Source: a virus. From it: DNA of 64,000 bases. A program made the translations under genes and the position numbers. Position 1 is the stretch's first letter. Every line of letters starts with the position of its first letter. Below are positions 1-8,670 of this stretch, piece by piece. The notes below the pieces were generated by a model, which was not told the DNA's origin, made no database searches, and saw only the letters and a program-made list of their open reading frames with translations. The stretch covers positions 1 through 64,000 of IMG/VR virus record IMGVR_UViG_3300028835_002196. The stretch is one strand, 5' to 3'.

Positions 1-236
1 CTTATTAATACGTCATTGAATTTTATTCTAAACGGGGAGTTTTTGTCATAAAGCAACATTATATACCTTATAACCTTATCCTTACTAAGCCTGGTGAATT
101 TTGTTTTAAATTCTTTAATCTTCCTCAGCCTGGGATAAGATGTTATTACATGCCTGGGTGGCTGTACAACAGACACGTCAAACATCATGCTTTTAAATTC
201 GTTTTCTGCGAAATTTTCAATTAAGTATTGATTCAT
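1..236 (-). CDS. Hypothetical protein, partial (runs off left edge)
   Basis: ATG at 236 opens MNQYLIENFAENEFKSMMFDV...YIMLLYDKNSPFR; frame stays open to position 1 and overlaps the end of the GroES-like gene. Confidence 0.6.
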   Translation of the reverse strand, partial: MNQYLIENFAENEFKSMMFDVSVVQPPRHVITSYPRLRKIKEFKTKFTRLSKDKVIRYIMLLYDKNSPFRIKFNDVLI

Positions 237-954
237 CTACTATGGCAAACATATGGTTTCTCTGAATGCGATAAAATACTTGCTTTCCTTCTAATGAAGC
301 ATGGTAGGCATATTCAAGAGGGATATTGGATTTCCTGCGTAAAAGAATAATATCACCCGGGCTCATCTTATCTTTAAAATCAAAGTACCGTGGATCCCGA
401 TATTTTCTGATAGGATCAGCTACATACTTAAGTCTCGCCATTACGGCATTTTTACCACTTTTCACAGTATCGGGTATTAATAATTCCATTTTTTTCATTC
501 TATCCCTCAGGTCTTCCTGTACAATACCTTTTATTGGAGTAAGAAGATTATACCCATTAATAGTTATTACCCGATCTCCACGCCTGGCTGCAAAGAGTTT
601 ATCATATCTTAAGATAAGGTATAGATTATTATATTGGTCTATGAGAAGCCGGCCATTATTCAATGCGTTTATTGCTGCAAGATAATAACTGATCACGTAA
701 TCACCTACCCGGAGCCGTATGTCCGTATCCCAATCAAGACTAAAATTATGACCGGGAATCGTGTCAAATATTAATTTCTTACAAATAGAAACAACATGAC
801 CGGTTATTGGTGCATGTTGTTCGGGTTGAAATGAGCAATCAAGGTAAAGCTTATTACCATCGCTCATTTTGTATTCATCTTGTTTACGGTCTATCTGGAT
901 CAACACATTATTAGGTGTTGGTTCCATGGAGAGGATCTGATCTTTGGAATACAT
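217..954 (-). CDS. GroES-like co-chaperonin (two GroES-like halves)
   Basis: PTPNNVLIQ...TGHVVS...LRVGDYVI...YLILRYDKLFA pattern, repeated in the second half (SPGDIILL...FYRIQRNHMFAIV). Confidence 0.65.
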   Translation of the reverse strand: MYSKDQILSMEPTPNNVLIQIDRKQDEYKMSDGNKLYLDCSFQPEQHAPITGHVVSICKKLIFDTIPGHNFSLDWDTDIRLRVGDYVISYYLAAINALNNGRLLIDQYNNLYLILRYDKLFAARRGDRVITINGYNLLTPIKGIVQEDLRDRMKKMELLIPDTVKSGKNAVMARLKYVADPIRKYRDPRYFDFKDKMSPGDIILLRRKSNIPLEYAYHASLEGKQVFYRIQRNHMFAIVDESILN

Positions 955-1223
955 TACTTTCTCTTTTTTACAGTTACTACCTTACCGCCAATATTCTTTT
1001 TTTCAATATCCCCTTTTTTATAAGCATTTTTAGTGGCTCTCCAAATTTTTTGTTTTTGAGCCCTCTTCATCTGGTCCCACACGAGCTTTTCATGCCTTCT
1101 TAAGGTAATATCAATTCCCCGGTAATGAACAACAACATACTGATCCATAACGTCCTTTGCCAAGACAGGCCTTGGCCACAACTGTCGCCAGAGCCACTTG
1201 AAAATTTCTTTTACTACTCGCAC
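954..1223 (-). CDS. Hypothetical basic protein
   Basis: ORF tightly coupled to both neighbours. Confidence 0.6.
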   Translation of the reverse strand: MRVVKEIFKWLWRQLWPRPVLAKDVMDQYVVVHYRGIDITLRRHEKLVWDQMKRAQKQKIWRATKNAYKKGDIEKKNIGGKVVTVKKRK

Positions 1224-1763
1224 TTATCTTTTCTTCTTCTGAGAAGATTCCTTTTCCTGATCAGGGTTAGGAGGGGTATCGTCCTTTGGTTGATTACTGC
1301 CAGTGGGGGTTTGTAGATTTACGACCTGTTCTGTAAGGCCATTAACTCTTTCTACAAGGCGTTCATTTTCTTTGCTAAGAGTACTACTTTCCTCCGTAAG
1401 AGTTTTTGCCTGTTGTTTAAGCACTGAATTTTCATCCTTAAGCTCTTTCGTGGCAGTCTTAGCAAATTCATTAGCAAATTTCTCTGCACCGTCCTGAAGG
1501 TCTTTCACTTCATTTTCAAATTCCAATATCCGATGTTCAAAAGATGATTTTACATCTTCAACTGTAATAGCACAAGCCTTATCTACATTGTCAGATATCT
1601 CTTTTTGAATTTTCTCTTTGGATAGAGAATGTTTATCCAATTCGCTGTCAATAACCCTCTTTACATGACTGGAATTAGTGCGGTTAACAATTCCTTTTTT
1701 AGCAGCGTTATAGATCCTGGTAGCTGCGGGGGAGAAATCCTGTACATTTTTCGTCTTAGCCAT
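1224..1763 (-). CDS. Coiled-coil hypothetical protein
   Basis: 179-aa ORF with E/K-rich heptad-like central region. Confidence 0.65.
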   Translation of the reverse strand: MAKTKNVQDFSPAATRIYNAAKKGIVNRTNSSHVKRVIDSELDKHSLSKEKIQKEISDNVDKACAITVEDVKSSFEHRILEFENEVKDLQDGAEKFANEFAKTATKELKDENSVLKQQAKTLTEESSTLSKENERLVERVNGLTEQVVNLQTPTGSNQPKDDTPPNPDQEKESSQKKKR

Positions 1764-1837
1764 AATTTTGAATGATTTTAGTTAAACAATGAGCCAATAT
1801 ATAAAAAAGATATTAACATTGATAAGAGGACCTTATC

Positions 1838-1878
1838 AAAAAAAAGGCAGGTAGCTTCACCGACAACCTGCCTTTTTT
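1838..1878. terminator. Bidirectional intrinsic terminator
   Basis: AAAAAAAGGCAGGT...ACCTGCCTTTTTT hairpin with A and T tails, downstream of the DUF2829 gene. Confidence 0.75.
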
Positions 1879-1938
1879 CAAAAGAATGGAAACATAACAC
1901 TTAACAAAACATTCACATCACTGGCAAAGATAATAAAA

Positions 1939-2370
1939 TTATTCAACAACAAACCAATCATCTGACAACATATCTGTTTGTGATGCTAACCAGGGAACGA
2001 AAGTATTTTGAACAGTTTTCATAACAATAAATGGAAGCATTTCGCTGTATTCAAAATCTTTAGCCTTTTCGTATTGTAAATACATATCCTTTCCGTTCCA
2101 TCCTTCCCTGGCAACCTTTAAGTCTTTTTTCAATGCTTCGACAGCTAATCCGAAATTCATGTGTCCACCATCAATCAAGCGATATGCTTCATCAAATTGA
2201 GGTTTTGGAGACCATGATTCATAACCGTCCGGATAGACAACCAAGAAACCATCTTCGTGATAATTCTCTTCTTTTGGAGGGTCCCAGCCACGATAACTAT
2301 TGTATGCACCCCTTGTCATGGGTTTTGCTTTTAAAAGCTTAACCCCAATGTAATTTTGTAAATTGTTCAT
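1939..2370 (-). CDS. DUF2829 / Tad2-like protein (possible anti-defence nucleotide sponge)
   Basis: C-terminal MNFGLAVEALKK..KVAREGWNGKDMYL...PWLASQTDMLSDDW is the DUF2829 signature; N-terminal YIGVK..AKPM...GYESWSPK..F..AY domain. Confidence 0.75.
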   Translation of the reverse strand: MNNLQNYIGVKLLKAKPMTRGAYNSYRGWDPPKEENYHEDGFLVVYPDGYESWSPKPQFDEAYRLIDGGHMNFGLAVEALKKDLKVAREGWNGKDMYLQYEKAKDFEYSEMLPFIVMKTVQNTFVPWLASQTDMLSDDWFVVE

Positions 2371-2589
2371 AATTTGTAAAATATTAGTGAGTAAATAAAA
2401 AATAGAACTTCGTAGTAATATTCAGAGGTTCTCCCGGTGCCTCTTGTTTTTTTTTAGAAGATTCTCGTTACTTCTAAAAAGAAAGAAGAAAAAGAGAAAA
2501 CGTAGAAAAGAGAAAAAGAAGAAAGAAAAAAGCTGTCAAAAAACTTTCTTCTTTTCCTTTGCACAGGCAAAGGGATATTTATCTGATCG

Positions 2590-2915
2590 AACACGACTAT
2601 TTCAACGGAACGTGGGATAGGCTATGATAATTTTTACAGGGGAGGCCGATGCTGATCCTGGGTTGAAGTCTGATTTCTAAACCTAAAATAAAACTCACGG
2701 CATACAAAGAAGGTATCAACACCTGGCCATCCCTTAAAAAGTAAAGCCTAACAATACAATCATCTTCCGGGATAGGGAGACACACGACTTGTTAGGCTAA
2801 ACTGTTGGAAACAACGTTCCAATATCATTTAGATTATGTCGTGTATAGTTGATACTTATCCCGGATTTGATTGTAATATATCATACTCTAATTAGTATTT
2901 AAAGAACTTTATTGC
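2590..2915 (-). ncRNA. Candidate structured non-coding RNA
   Basis: No credible ORF; five perfect complementary pairs of 6-10 bp within ~150 nt; consensus promoter immediately upstream. Confidence 0.45.
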
Positions 2916-2918
2916 TGA

Positions 2919-2950
2919 CAAAGCTAAATCAAGTTTTGTTAAAAAACAAA
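2919..2950 (-). promoter_or_regulatory. Bacteroidota primary-sigma promoter
   Basis: Minus strand TTTG-N20-TAGCTTTG matches the -33 TTTG / -7 TAnnTTTG consensus. Confidence 0.7.
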
Positions 2951-2952
2951 TT

Positions 2953-3291
2953 TTATTTGAATAATTTATACGGGATATTACCCTTTACTCTGTACTCTTT
3001 TGAATTATTCCATGAGAAATATTTTGGTTCCAGTTTCTTTTCCATGGATTTAGTAACATCAACACGACAGGGGATCCTGCGAATATAACAATACGCTCCC
3101 AGGGGAACGTCAGGTTTTCCTTTAACCGTGAAAACAAGCATTGTTGTTTTGATGGTTGAGGTTTTCTCATGGTATTTGATTCTTTCAAATTTCCCACAAT
3201 AAGCCTTTGTTTTGATCAGTTTTCCTTCGGGGTACCGGCTAACAGCACACCCGGACAGGAGAATAAAAAGGATTAATATTTTAGTTTTCAT
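2953..3291 (-). CDS. Putative lipoprotein
   Basis: Likely true start MKTKILILFILLSG-C (lipobox); the longer ORF call overlaps the upstream gene. Confidence 0.6.
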   Translation of the reverse strand: MKTKILILFILLSGCAVSRYPEGKLIKTKAYCGKFERIKYHEKTSTIKTTMLVFTVKGKPDVPLGAYCYIRRIPCRVDVTKSMEKKLEPKYFSWNNSKEYRVKGNIPYKLFK

Positions 3292-3631
3292 TTTTATTTT
3301 TATTTTCCAGAGCAGCTTGAATCCTGAACCATGCCATTTGACTTTGATCAACAGCCTTTTTAATAGCCTCGATTCCAACTGTTCCTGTGCGATAGATATG
3401 TGTATAGTTAAGTGCCCAGCCCGGGGGATTTTGTAAAATTTCCAGATCTCCCACGCAAAGTTGTCCCGGAGCATAATATTTTGTAACACCATTCTTTCGT
3501 ACATAAGCCCATAGGCCTTCGCCACATCTGATTTCAGGAACCTCTTCGGCCAACACCTTAGCAACCGCAGGAGCAAAGATCAGCCCCAGGGTAACTACAC
3601 TTGTTTTTTTAAAAAAATCTCTTCTATCCAT
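3281..3631 (-). CDS. Small protein with twin-arginine-like signal peptide
   Basis: MDRRDFFKKTSVVTLGLIFAPAVA. Confidence 0.65.
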   Translation of the reverse strand: MDRRDFFKKTSVVTLGLIFAPAVAKVLAEEVPEIRCGEGLWAYVRKNGVTKYYAPGQLCVGDLEILQNPPGWALNYTHIYRTGTVGIEAIKKAVDQSQMAWFRIQAALENKNKNEN

Positions 3632-3857
3632 TGGGCCGGTTTTTAAAACATTCATTATAAGTTAATGGATATTGCATAATAAGATCATTATTTGTAATAA
3701 GACCAAATCCTGTTCTTCTACACTTAGGCACGATAACCCCATACAATACTTTTTGGGGCTTTATAGCCTTTTTAATAACCCCCGCAACAACCGCAGGAGC
3801 AATTATCACTCCCAGGGATGCAATGCCTATTTTTTGAAAAAACTTTCTTCTATCCAT
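3624..3857 (-). CDS. Small protein with twin-arginine-like signal peptide
   Basis: MDRRKFFQKIGIASLGVIIAPAVVA. Confidence 0.65.
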   Translation of the reverse strand: MDRRKFFQKIGIASLGVIIAPAVVAGVIKKAIKPQKVLYGVIVPKCRRTGFGLITNNDLIMQYPLTYNECFKNRPNG

Positions 3858-4060
3858 TACTCATTCATATAGGATAAATCCTCATGATCAGATAATGATT
3901 CCAATAAAAGATCTAGTGTTCTACAACCAAACCGGTCCTTTTCTCCAACATATAATATATAATTATAAGTAAGATCGTCATGTATTCTTATAGATACATT
4001 CTTTAGACCTTTTTCTTTAGCTGACTTAAAAATATCAGCTATCACTTTTACTTTTTCCAT
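3857..4060 (-). CDS. Hypothetical protein
   Basis: ORF in operon; likely start MEKVKV. Confidence 0.5.
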   Translation of the reverse strand: MEKVKVIADIFKSAKEKGLKNVSIRIHDDLTYNYILYVGEKDRFGCRTLDLLLESLSDHEDLSYMNE

Positions 4061-4077
4061 TGTTTTTACAATTTTGT

Positions 4078-4254
4078 TTATTTTCCTTTCTCGTGATCGT
4101 CCCGCCAAAACTTTTTTCTTGCCCGCGTTGCTTTATCAAAAGTTTTCAGGCAATCTGTCAGATATTCTGCAAGAACAAAATCGGGAGTATCACTACCATT
4201 TTCAAGACTGTTCTTGTTTATTAGGTCCTGCAATTCTTTTCTGAATTTTTCCAT
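4078..4254 (-). CDS. Small phage protein (58 aa, not in ORF track)
   Basis: MEKFRKELQDLINKNSLENGSDTPDFVLAEYLTDCL...; ENGSxTPDFxLAEYL motif recurrent in phage hypothetical proteins. Confidence 0.65.
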   Translation of the reverse strand: MEKFRKELQDLINKNSLENGSDTPDFVLAEYLTDCLKTFDKATRARKKFWRDDHEKGK

Positions 4255-4275
4255 TTTGTTTGTTTTTGACGCTTG

Positions 4276-4611
4276 TTACTTGTAAGAATTATTATTTTTC
4301 CATCCTTTTCTATCAGTAATTTTTAATAATTCAATCATATCCATATGACCATATAGTTTTCGTAGGGTTTCAAAAACTTCATCACTATAAACATCCTGAA
4401 CCATTCTTATCTCTAAATGTTCTTGATACATCTTCCTGGCCTGTTTAATATGCCACTCCCTTCTGAGTTGTTTTATTCTCTCATCGAGCTCTTTTATATT
4501 AAAGCCCGGTAAACCTGGTTGTTCAGATATAGCCTTAATAACAACACCAGGAAGAAGGGCTGCCCCTGCAAGGGTAGCACCTATGTTCTTAAAAAACTTT
4601 CTTCTTTTCAT
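4276..4611 (-). CDS. Small protein with twin-arginine-like signal peptide
   Basis: MKRRKFFKNIGATLAGAALLPGVV. Confidence 0.65.
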   Translation of the reverse strand: MKRRKFFKNIGATLAGAALLPGVVIKAISEQPGLPGFNIKELDERIKQLRREWHIKQARKMYQEHLEIRMVQDVYSDEVFETLRKLYGHMDMIELLKITDRKGWKNNNSYK

Positions 4612-4844
4612 TTTTTGCCATATAATTTCTAAAATCTCGTGACATGTTTACAAGATTTTTTACAGTTTCTTTTTTTCGATCCTCTGTAAACCCCCCTGAT
4701 TCTAATGAATCAATAGTCTTATTTAAGGTTTGTAAAAATTTATATTTAAAACCGTAAAAAGTCCAGCATTTAGGCATTTGATATAAAACATTCACATTAC
4801 CCCGGAAGATATCTGCTACCGTTCCTTTTAAGCAATATAGCCAT

Positions 4845-5087
4845 TTATCCATCAAGATTGCTTTTAGATTCTGACATTGACATAGTTGGTCTTGTATCCC
4901 TGTACATATATTGTATAAGGGCTTTATTAGCATCTTCAGCAGTTGTTATTAACTGATCGATCACCTCGAGGGGATCTTCGCCTCTGACCAACATCTGAAC
5001 AACTGTATTAAAAAGTGCAGATGTTTTATATTCTTCTGTCATTTGTCTGATTATTTTTGTTTTATAGGAAACAATACACTGTCCCAT
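4845..5087 (-). CDS. Hypothetical protein
   Basis: ORF in operon; start uncertain. Confidence 0.45.
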   Translation of the reverse strand: MGQCIVSYKTKIIRQMTEEYKTSALFNTVVQMLVRGEDPLEVIDQLITTAEDANKALIQYMYRDTRPTMSMSESKSNLDG

Positions 5088-5527
5088 AGTCTTAACTTTG
5101 TTCTGGAAAGACTTGCTTTATCTATTAAAAAAGTAATTCCATTACCGGCACCAGCTCTAGGAATATCTTCATTAACAACTATTATAGAATGTCCGGGATT
5201 TTCCTCTTTATGAGAAGGGGGAGGAGTCTTGCTTTCCTCTGAAAACGAATTTGAAAAGACTAAAAACACCTCTTTTTTTCTAATAACAGGAAATTCCTCT
5301 AATTTATTACATGGAATTATAGTCACTTCATTTTCTTTTAATACAGTAACAAAGCCTATTATAAAATCATGGGAAGGTTTATAAGATTCCTTGTAAGTTA
5401 AGGGATATTCAAAAATTTTCGGATCCACGGGAGGCTCAAGTGATTTGAATGCACCTAATACTTTTGGGGTAACACTAGCCCCCACACCTATGCAAATTAT
5501 ATTAGCTAAAAATTTTCTTCTTTCCAT
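5051..5527 (-). CDS. Protein with twin-arginine-like signal peptide
   Basis: MERRKFLANIICIGVGASVTPKVLGA. Confidence 0.65.
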   Translation of the reverse strand: MERRKFLANIICIGVGASVTPKVLGAFKSLEPPVDPKIFEYPLTYKESYKPSHDFIIGFVTVLKENEVTIIPCNKLEEFPVIRKKEVFLVFSNSFSEESKTPPPSHKEENPGHSIIVVNEDIPRAGAGNGITFLIDKASLSRTKLRLWDSVLFPIKQK

Positions 5528-5805
5528 TACAATAAAAATTCATGAAGTTTAAAATTCCCGGATACCTTAAGTTTCGGGTACCCGCCTTTTTTAATAAACG
5601 ATTTTTGTTGTTTGTACAGACCCTTCCCTACATACAAGAACTCTTTCCCTGCGTCCTCACCAGCCGCAATAACAACATCAAATAAGGCCAGGTTTATTTC
5701 TTCTTGGATATTAAGCCCCACAAGATCCCTGTGAAATATTCTAATGAACCAGGCTTTAAGCCTCATGTACAGTAATCGTCTCATAGTTATTAACAATTTT
5801 ATCAA
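5527..5805 (-). CDS. Hypothetical protein
   Basis: Translationally coupled ORF. Confidence 0.5.
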   Translation of the reverse strand: MIKLLITMRRLLYMRLKAWFIRIFHRDLVGLNIQEEINLALFDVVIAAGEDAGKEFLYVGKGLYKQQKSFIKKGGYPKLKVSGNFKLHEFLL

Positions 5806-5991
5806 CTGGTTTTTCTTTCAGGAACCTTGTTTTCAGGCCACCTAAAAACACGAATATCCAGCCACCAGGGACCCTTACCAAATAAGAGCCCTTCCTGCCA
5901 TAGTACATTTTAGCAAGCAATGGCATCAAGGAAAGATCCGATGGTTTTCTATACCACATAATTAACAAATTTTAATCAACAATTTTTTTTA

Positions 5992-6732
5992 TCAAAAAGG
6001 CAAATCGTCATCATCCACGTTATGCTTACGAATTTCCTTACGTCCTCCTGGGGGAACATCATCTTCGCCAGGGCCCGGCACAGTTCCTTCCGGTGCATTT
6101 CCTCTTTGAGCATCGCTTTGAATATCGCCCGTGCCTGTTGTATCAACCACGCTCTCTCTTTCATCATCTTTAGGTTTCCCCGGAAGTTTATCAATAATAT
6201 TGGTTTCCAGATAATCAACCAGAAATTTCATAACCTCTATTTTCCAGACAGTGATATCGTCTTTATTCGCTCCTTCGGGAAAATCCGGGAATCCCTTGGG
6301 ATCCTCTTTAGTAAAATAGCTGGGAATATTTTCATTATCCTGCTTCAGCACCAGCCTAGCTTTTCTTTCTTCCTCAAAGAAATACGGATGAAATGATATA
6401 TCCCGCAACACATCAGCGTTGGGCAGTTTACTCAAAAACGCAAACGCATATCCGCTATCGTAACTAAATTGCAGGCCCAGGACTTCATTACCATCCTGAA
6501 TTGTAACCAGCCATTGCCGGCCATAACCCTTATTGTCTTCCTGGACTTCTATACTGCGGATAATACCGCTAACATAGTCATTTACTATTTCAAACACCGG
6601 ATACGGACTTTTTCCATCGTCCGGAGTTATAGTTCTTCCTGTGGATCCGGGAGTACTTTCAGTTACCCTTTCTCTCCATTTACCTCTACTGCAGGTGAGG
6701 TAGGATTTGTGCGGAACGTTTCCTCTTGCCAT
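5992..6732 (-). CDS. Putative single-stranded DNA-binding protein
   Basis: Beta-rich N-terminal domain, disordered G/P/D-rich linker, acidic C-terminal tail DDDDLPF. Confidence 0.6.
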   Translation of the reverse strand: MARGNVPHKSYLTCSRGKWRERVTESTPGSTGRTITPDDGKSPYPVFEIVNDYVSGIIRSIEVQEDNKGYGRQWLVTIQDGNEVLGLQFSYDSGYAFAFLSKLPNADVLRDISFHPYFFEEERKARLVLKQDNENIPSYFTKEDPKGFPDFPEGANKDDITVWKIEVMKFLVDYLETNIIDKLPGKPKDDERESVVDTTGTGDIQSDAQRGNAPEGTVPGPGEDDVPPGGRKEIRKHNVDDDDLPF

Positions 6733-6757
6733 AATACTATTGATTTTAAGTTAATAA

Positions 6758-7003
6758 TTATTTTGAATTTTTTACTATATCTGTTAATAATTTAATACCG
6801 TACGCATCGGACTTATTTATTCGCAGGTCAAATATTCCATGACCGGTTTCCCTTGTATCAATACAAAGCCTGTGTGTATTGAAATCATTATGATGCTTCA
6901 CTGGTTCGGGCAATTCTCCAACGCACATTTTTTCTTGCAAGCATCGTTTTGTGATGCAGTCTTTATGTTTACACCATTCTGGACGTTTTCTGATATCAGC
7001 CAT
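6758..7003 (-). CDS. Cys/His-rich hypothetical protein
   Basis: Several Cys and His residues; in operon. Confidence 0.55.
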   Translation of the reverse strand: MADIRKRPEWCKHKDCITKRCLQEKMCVGELPEPVKHHNDFNTHRLCIDTRETGHGIFDLRINKSDAYGIKLLTDIVKNSK

Positions 7004-7006
7004 AGT

Positions 7007-7318
7007 TTATTTTGTTAATTCAATTATTGTTACTTTTTCATTGATTCCGGCTTTGCAGGGAGTGTTATCTTTAAATTTTGTCCAAGTATAATGATTAGAA
7101 TCATTCTTAACCAATATCCACATCTGGTTTTTAACCTTCCGTTTTCCATTACTCACCTCAATTACTCTTTTTGAGGCTTCGTATTCTTTCATTGCTTCAT
7201 TATAATCTTTTTCACAAAAAGCTATTTTATACCAATTCTCTCGTTTTGGCTTTTTCATCTTGTAATACTCAAATTTGACTTTGCCGTCTATTAATCGTAT
7301 GTATCCGGGCTTTATCAT
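7007..7318 (-). CDS. Hypothetical protein
   Basis: ORF in operon. Confidence 0.55.
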   Translation of the reverse strand: MIKPGYIRLIDGKVKFEYYKMKKPKRENWYKIAFCEKDYNEAMKEYEASKRVIEVSNGKRKVKNQMWILVKNDSNHYTWTKFKDNTPCKAGINEKVTIIELTK

Positions 7319-7433
7319 TGTTCCTTAATTAGTCGTTTTTTAACTAAATAATATAATTAATGTAACACAAATCATAAAAATGATTGTAGCGATTATACAT
7401 CCCGTATTTTCGTCTTTTTCTATTTTCATAGCT

Positions 7434-7853
7434 TTATTGTTGTCTGATTATTTGCCGGTAATATATATACCCGTCCCTGTGATTTTCCTCCTGCTCTAAG
7501 TCATCATAGAGTTTTTCCCATCTTGCTTTCCTGTTCTCGAATACAAAAACTCCTATGCTCAGGGTAACCCCGGCCACGTACATTGTCCCAACTTTCCTGG
7601 TAGTAGTTTCAAAGCTTCCTTTCCTTTCATCGCTCACTATGATCATATGGTTAATAAGAAATGTACCAAGTAAAACTGCTCCTGCTCCATAGTGGGTTGG
7701 ATGCCTTCCTTCTATTACCGGAACCGGCTTATACTGCATGTACTCCATGTTCTTGTAGAGATTCGAGAGTGATGATGTGTCTTGCAAACTCATCTGGGCA
7801 CTTGTATTGAATACCAATAAAAATGCCAGTACTATTAAAGAGAGTGTTTTCAT
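7434..7853 (-). CDS. Membrane protein with signal peptide
   Basis: MKTLSLIVLAFLLVFNTSA signal plus two hydrophobic segments. Confidence 0.6.
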   Translation of the reverse strand: MKTLSLIVLAFLLVFNTSAQMSLQDTSSLSNLYKNMEYMQYKPVPVIEGRHPTHYGAGAVLLGTFLINHMIIVSDERKGSFETTTRKVGTMYVAGVTLSIGVFVFENRKARWEKLYDDLEQEENHRDGYIYYRQIIRQQ

Positions 7854-8212
7854 AACTTTTGTTCCTTCATATATTTAACAAAATGACCAAAATTTTCCTG
7901 TATTAACTCGGCACATTCATTTATGGTACCCTTGAATCTTAATCGTTCTTTGCAATAGTTCTTGATGAAGTCATATGCTTCTTTTTCCTGTTTAAAGCAC
8001 CTGTAACCGTTAAAAAATTTCATGACACCATTCAGCTCCTTACAGTCTGTTATCTCACCGACCTTCTCTCCCGTGCCAGCTTTTCCTTTTGTAATGTAAG
8101 GAATAATATTGCCGTTTTTCATCGTCCTGGGGTATCCCGGGCCCATACCAAGGTATTCCCCTGTTTCTGAATCGAATGTTCCATCTACCAGATCATCTGC
8201 GATTTCTCCCAT
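7850..8212 (-). CDS. Hypothetical protein
   Basis: MGEIADDLVDG...GEYLG..PGYPRT N-terminus recurrent in phage hypotheticals. Confidence 0.55.
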   Translation of the reverse strand: MGEIADDLVDGTFDSETGEYLGMGPGYPRTMKNGNIIPYITKGKAGTGEKVGEITDCKELNGVMKFFNGYRCFKQEKEAYDFIKNYCKERLRFKGTINECAELIQENFGHFVKYMKEQKL

Positions 8213-8233
8213 GATGTTAGTCTCCTTTCATAA

Positions 8234-8644
8234 TTACTTTTCAAATTCAATAACAGCGTTTAATACATCTGTATATCTTTCAAACCAACCCATCATCATT
8301 TTACGCATGAGCCCAAAATCCTCACCTTTTGCATATAGTCCAATAATAGGAATACCTTTAGCGTAAGCCATTCCGCACTCGGCTGCTGCGTCTTTCCCGG
8401 AAGGAGAAATATATATAACCAGATCAGATTTCATCACTCCTTCGGAATCATACATAAAAGACTGATTTGATTCAGTTGAATTTACCCAGGTTTCAAAATC
8501 AAATTTTTTTGTAATATGATTATGATTTTCACCATAATTATTTTCGACAAACGATAATACTTCGTGACCTGCTTCACGCAGAAAAACTGTAAGCATTTCT
8601 ACAGTATGCTGATTTTTCCAAGAGCTTGCTATATATATTTTCAT
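8234..8644 (-). CDS. Nucleoside 2-deoxyribosyltransferase-like protein
   Basis: MKIYIASSW...D..GVMKSDLVI...SGKDAAAECGMAYAKGIPII matches the NDT/RCL fold motifs. Confidence 0.65.
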   Translation of the reverse strand: MKIYIASSWKNQHTVEMLTVFLREAGHEVLSFVENNYGENHNHITKKFDFETWVNSTESNQSFMYDSEGVMKSDLVIYISPSGKDAAAECGMAYAKGIPIIGLYAKGEDFGLMRKMMMGWFERYTDVLNAVIEFEK

Positions 8645-8670
8645 AATCCCTTTTCAATAATTAATTTTAA

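Noticed and set aside
2597-2785. 62-aa minus-strand ORF
   Set aside because: Non-ATG start, no motif, and it overlaps the structured-RNA candidate
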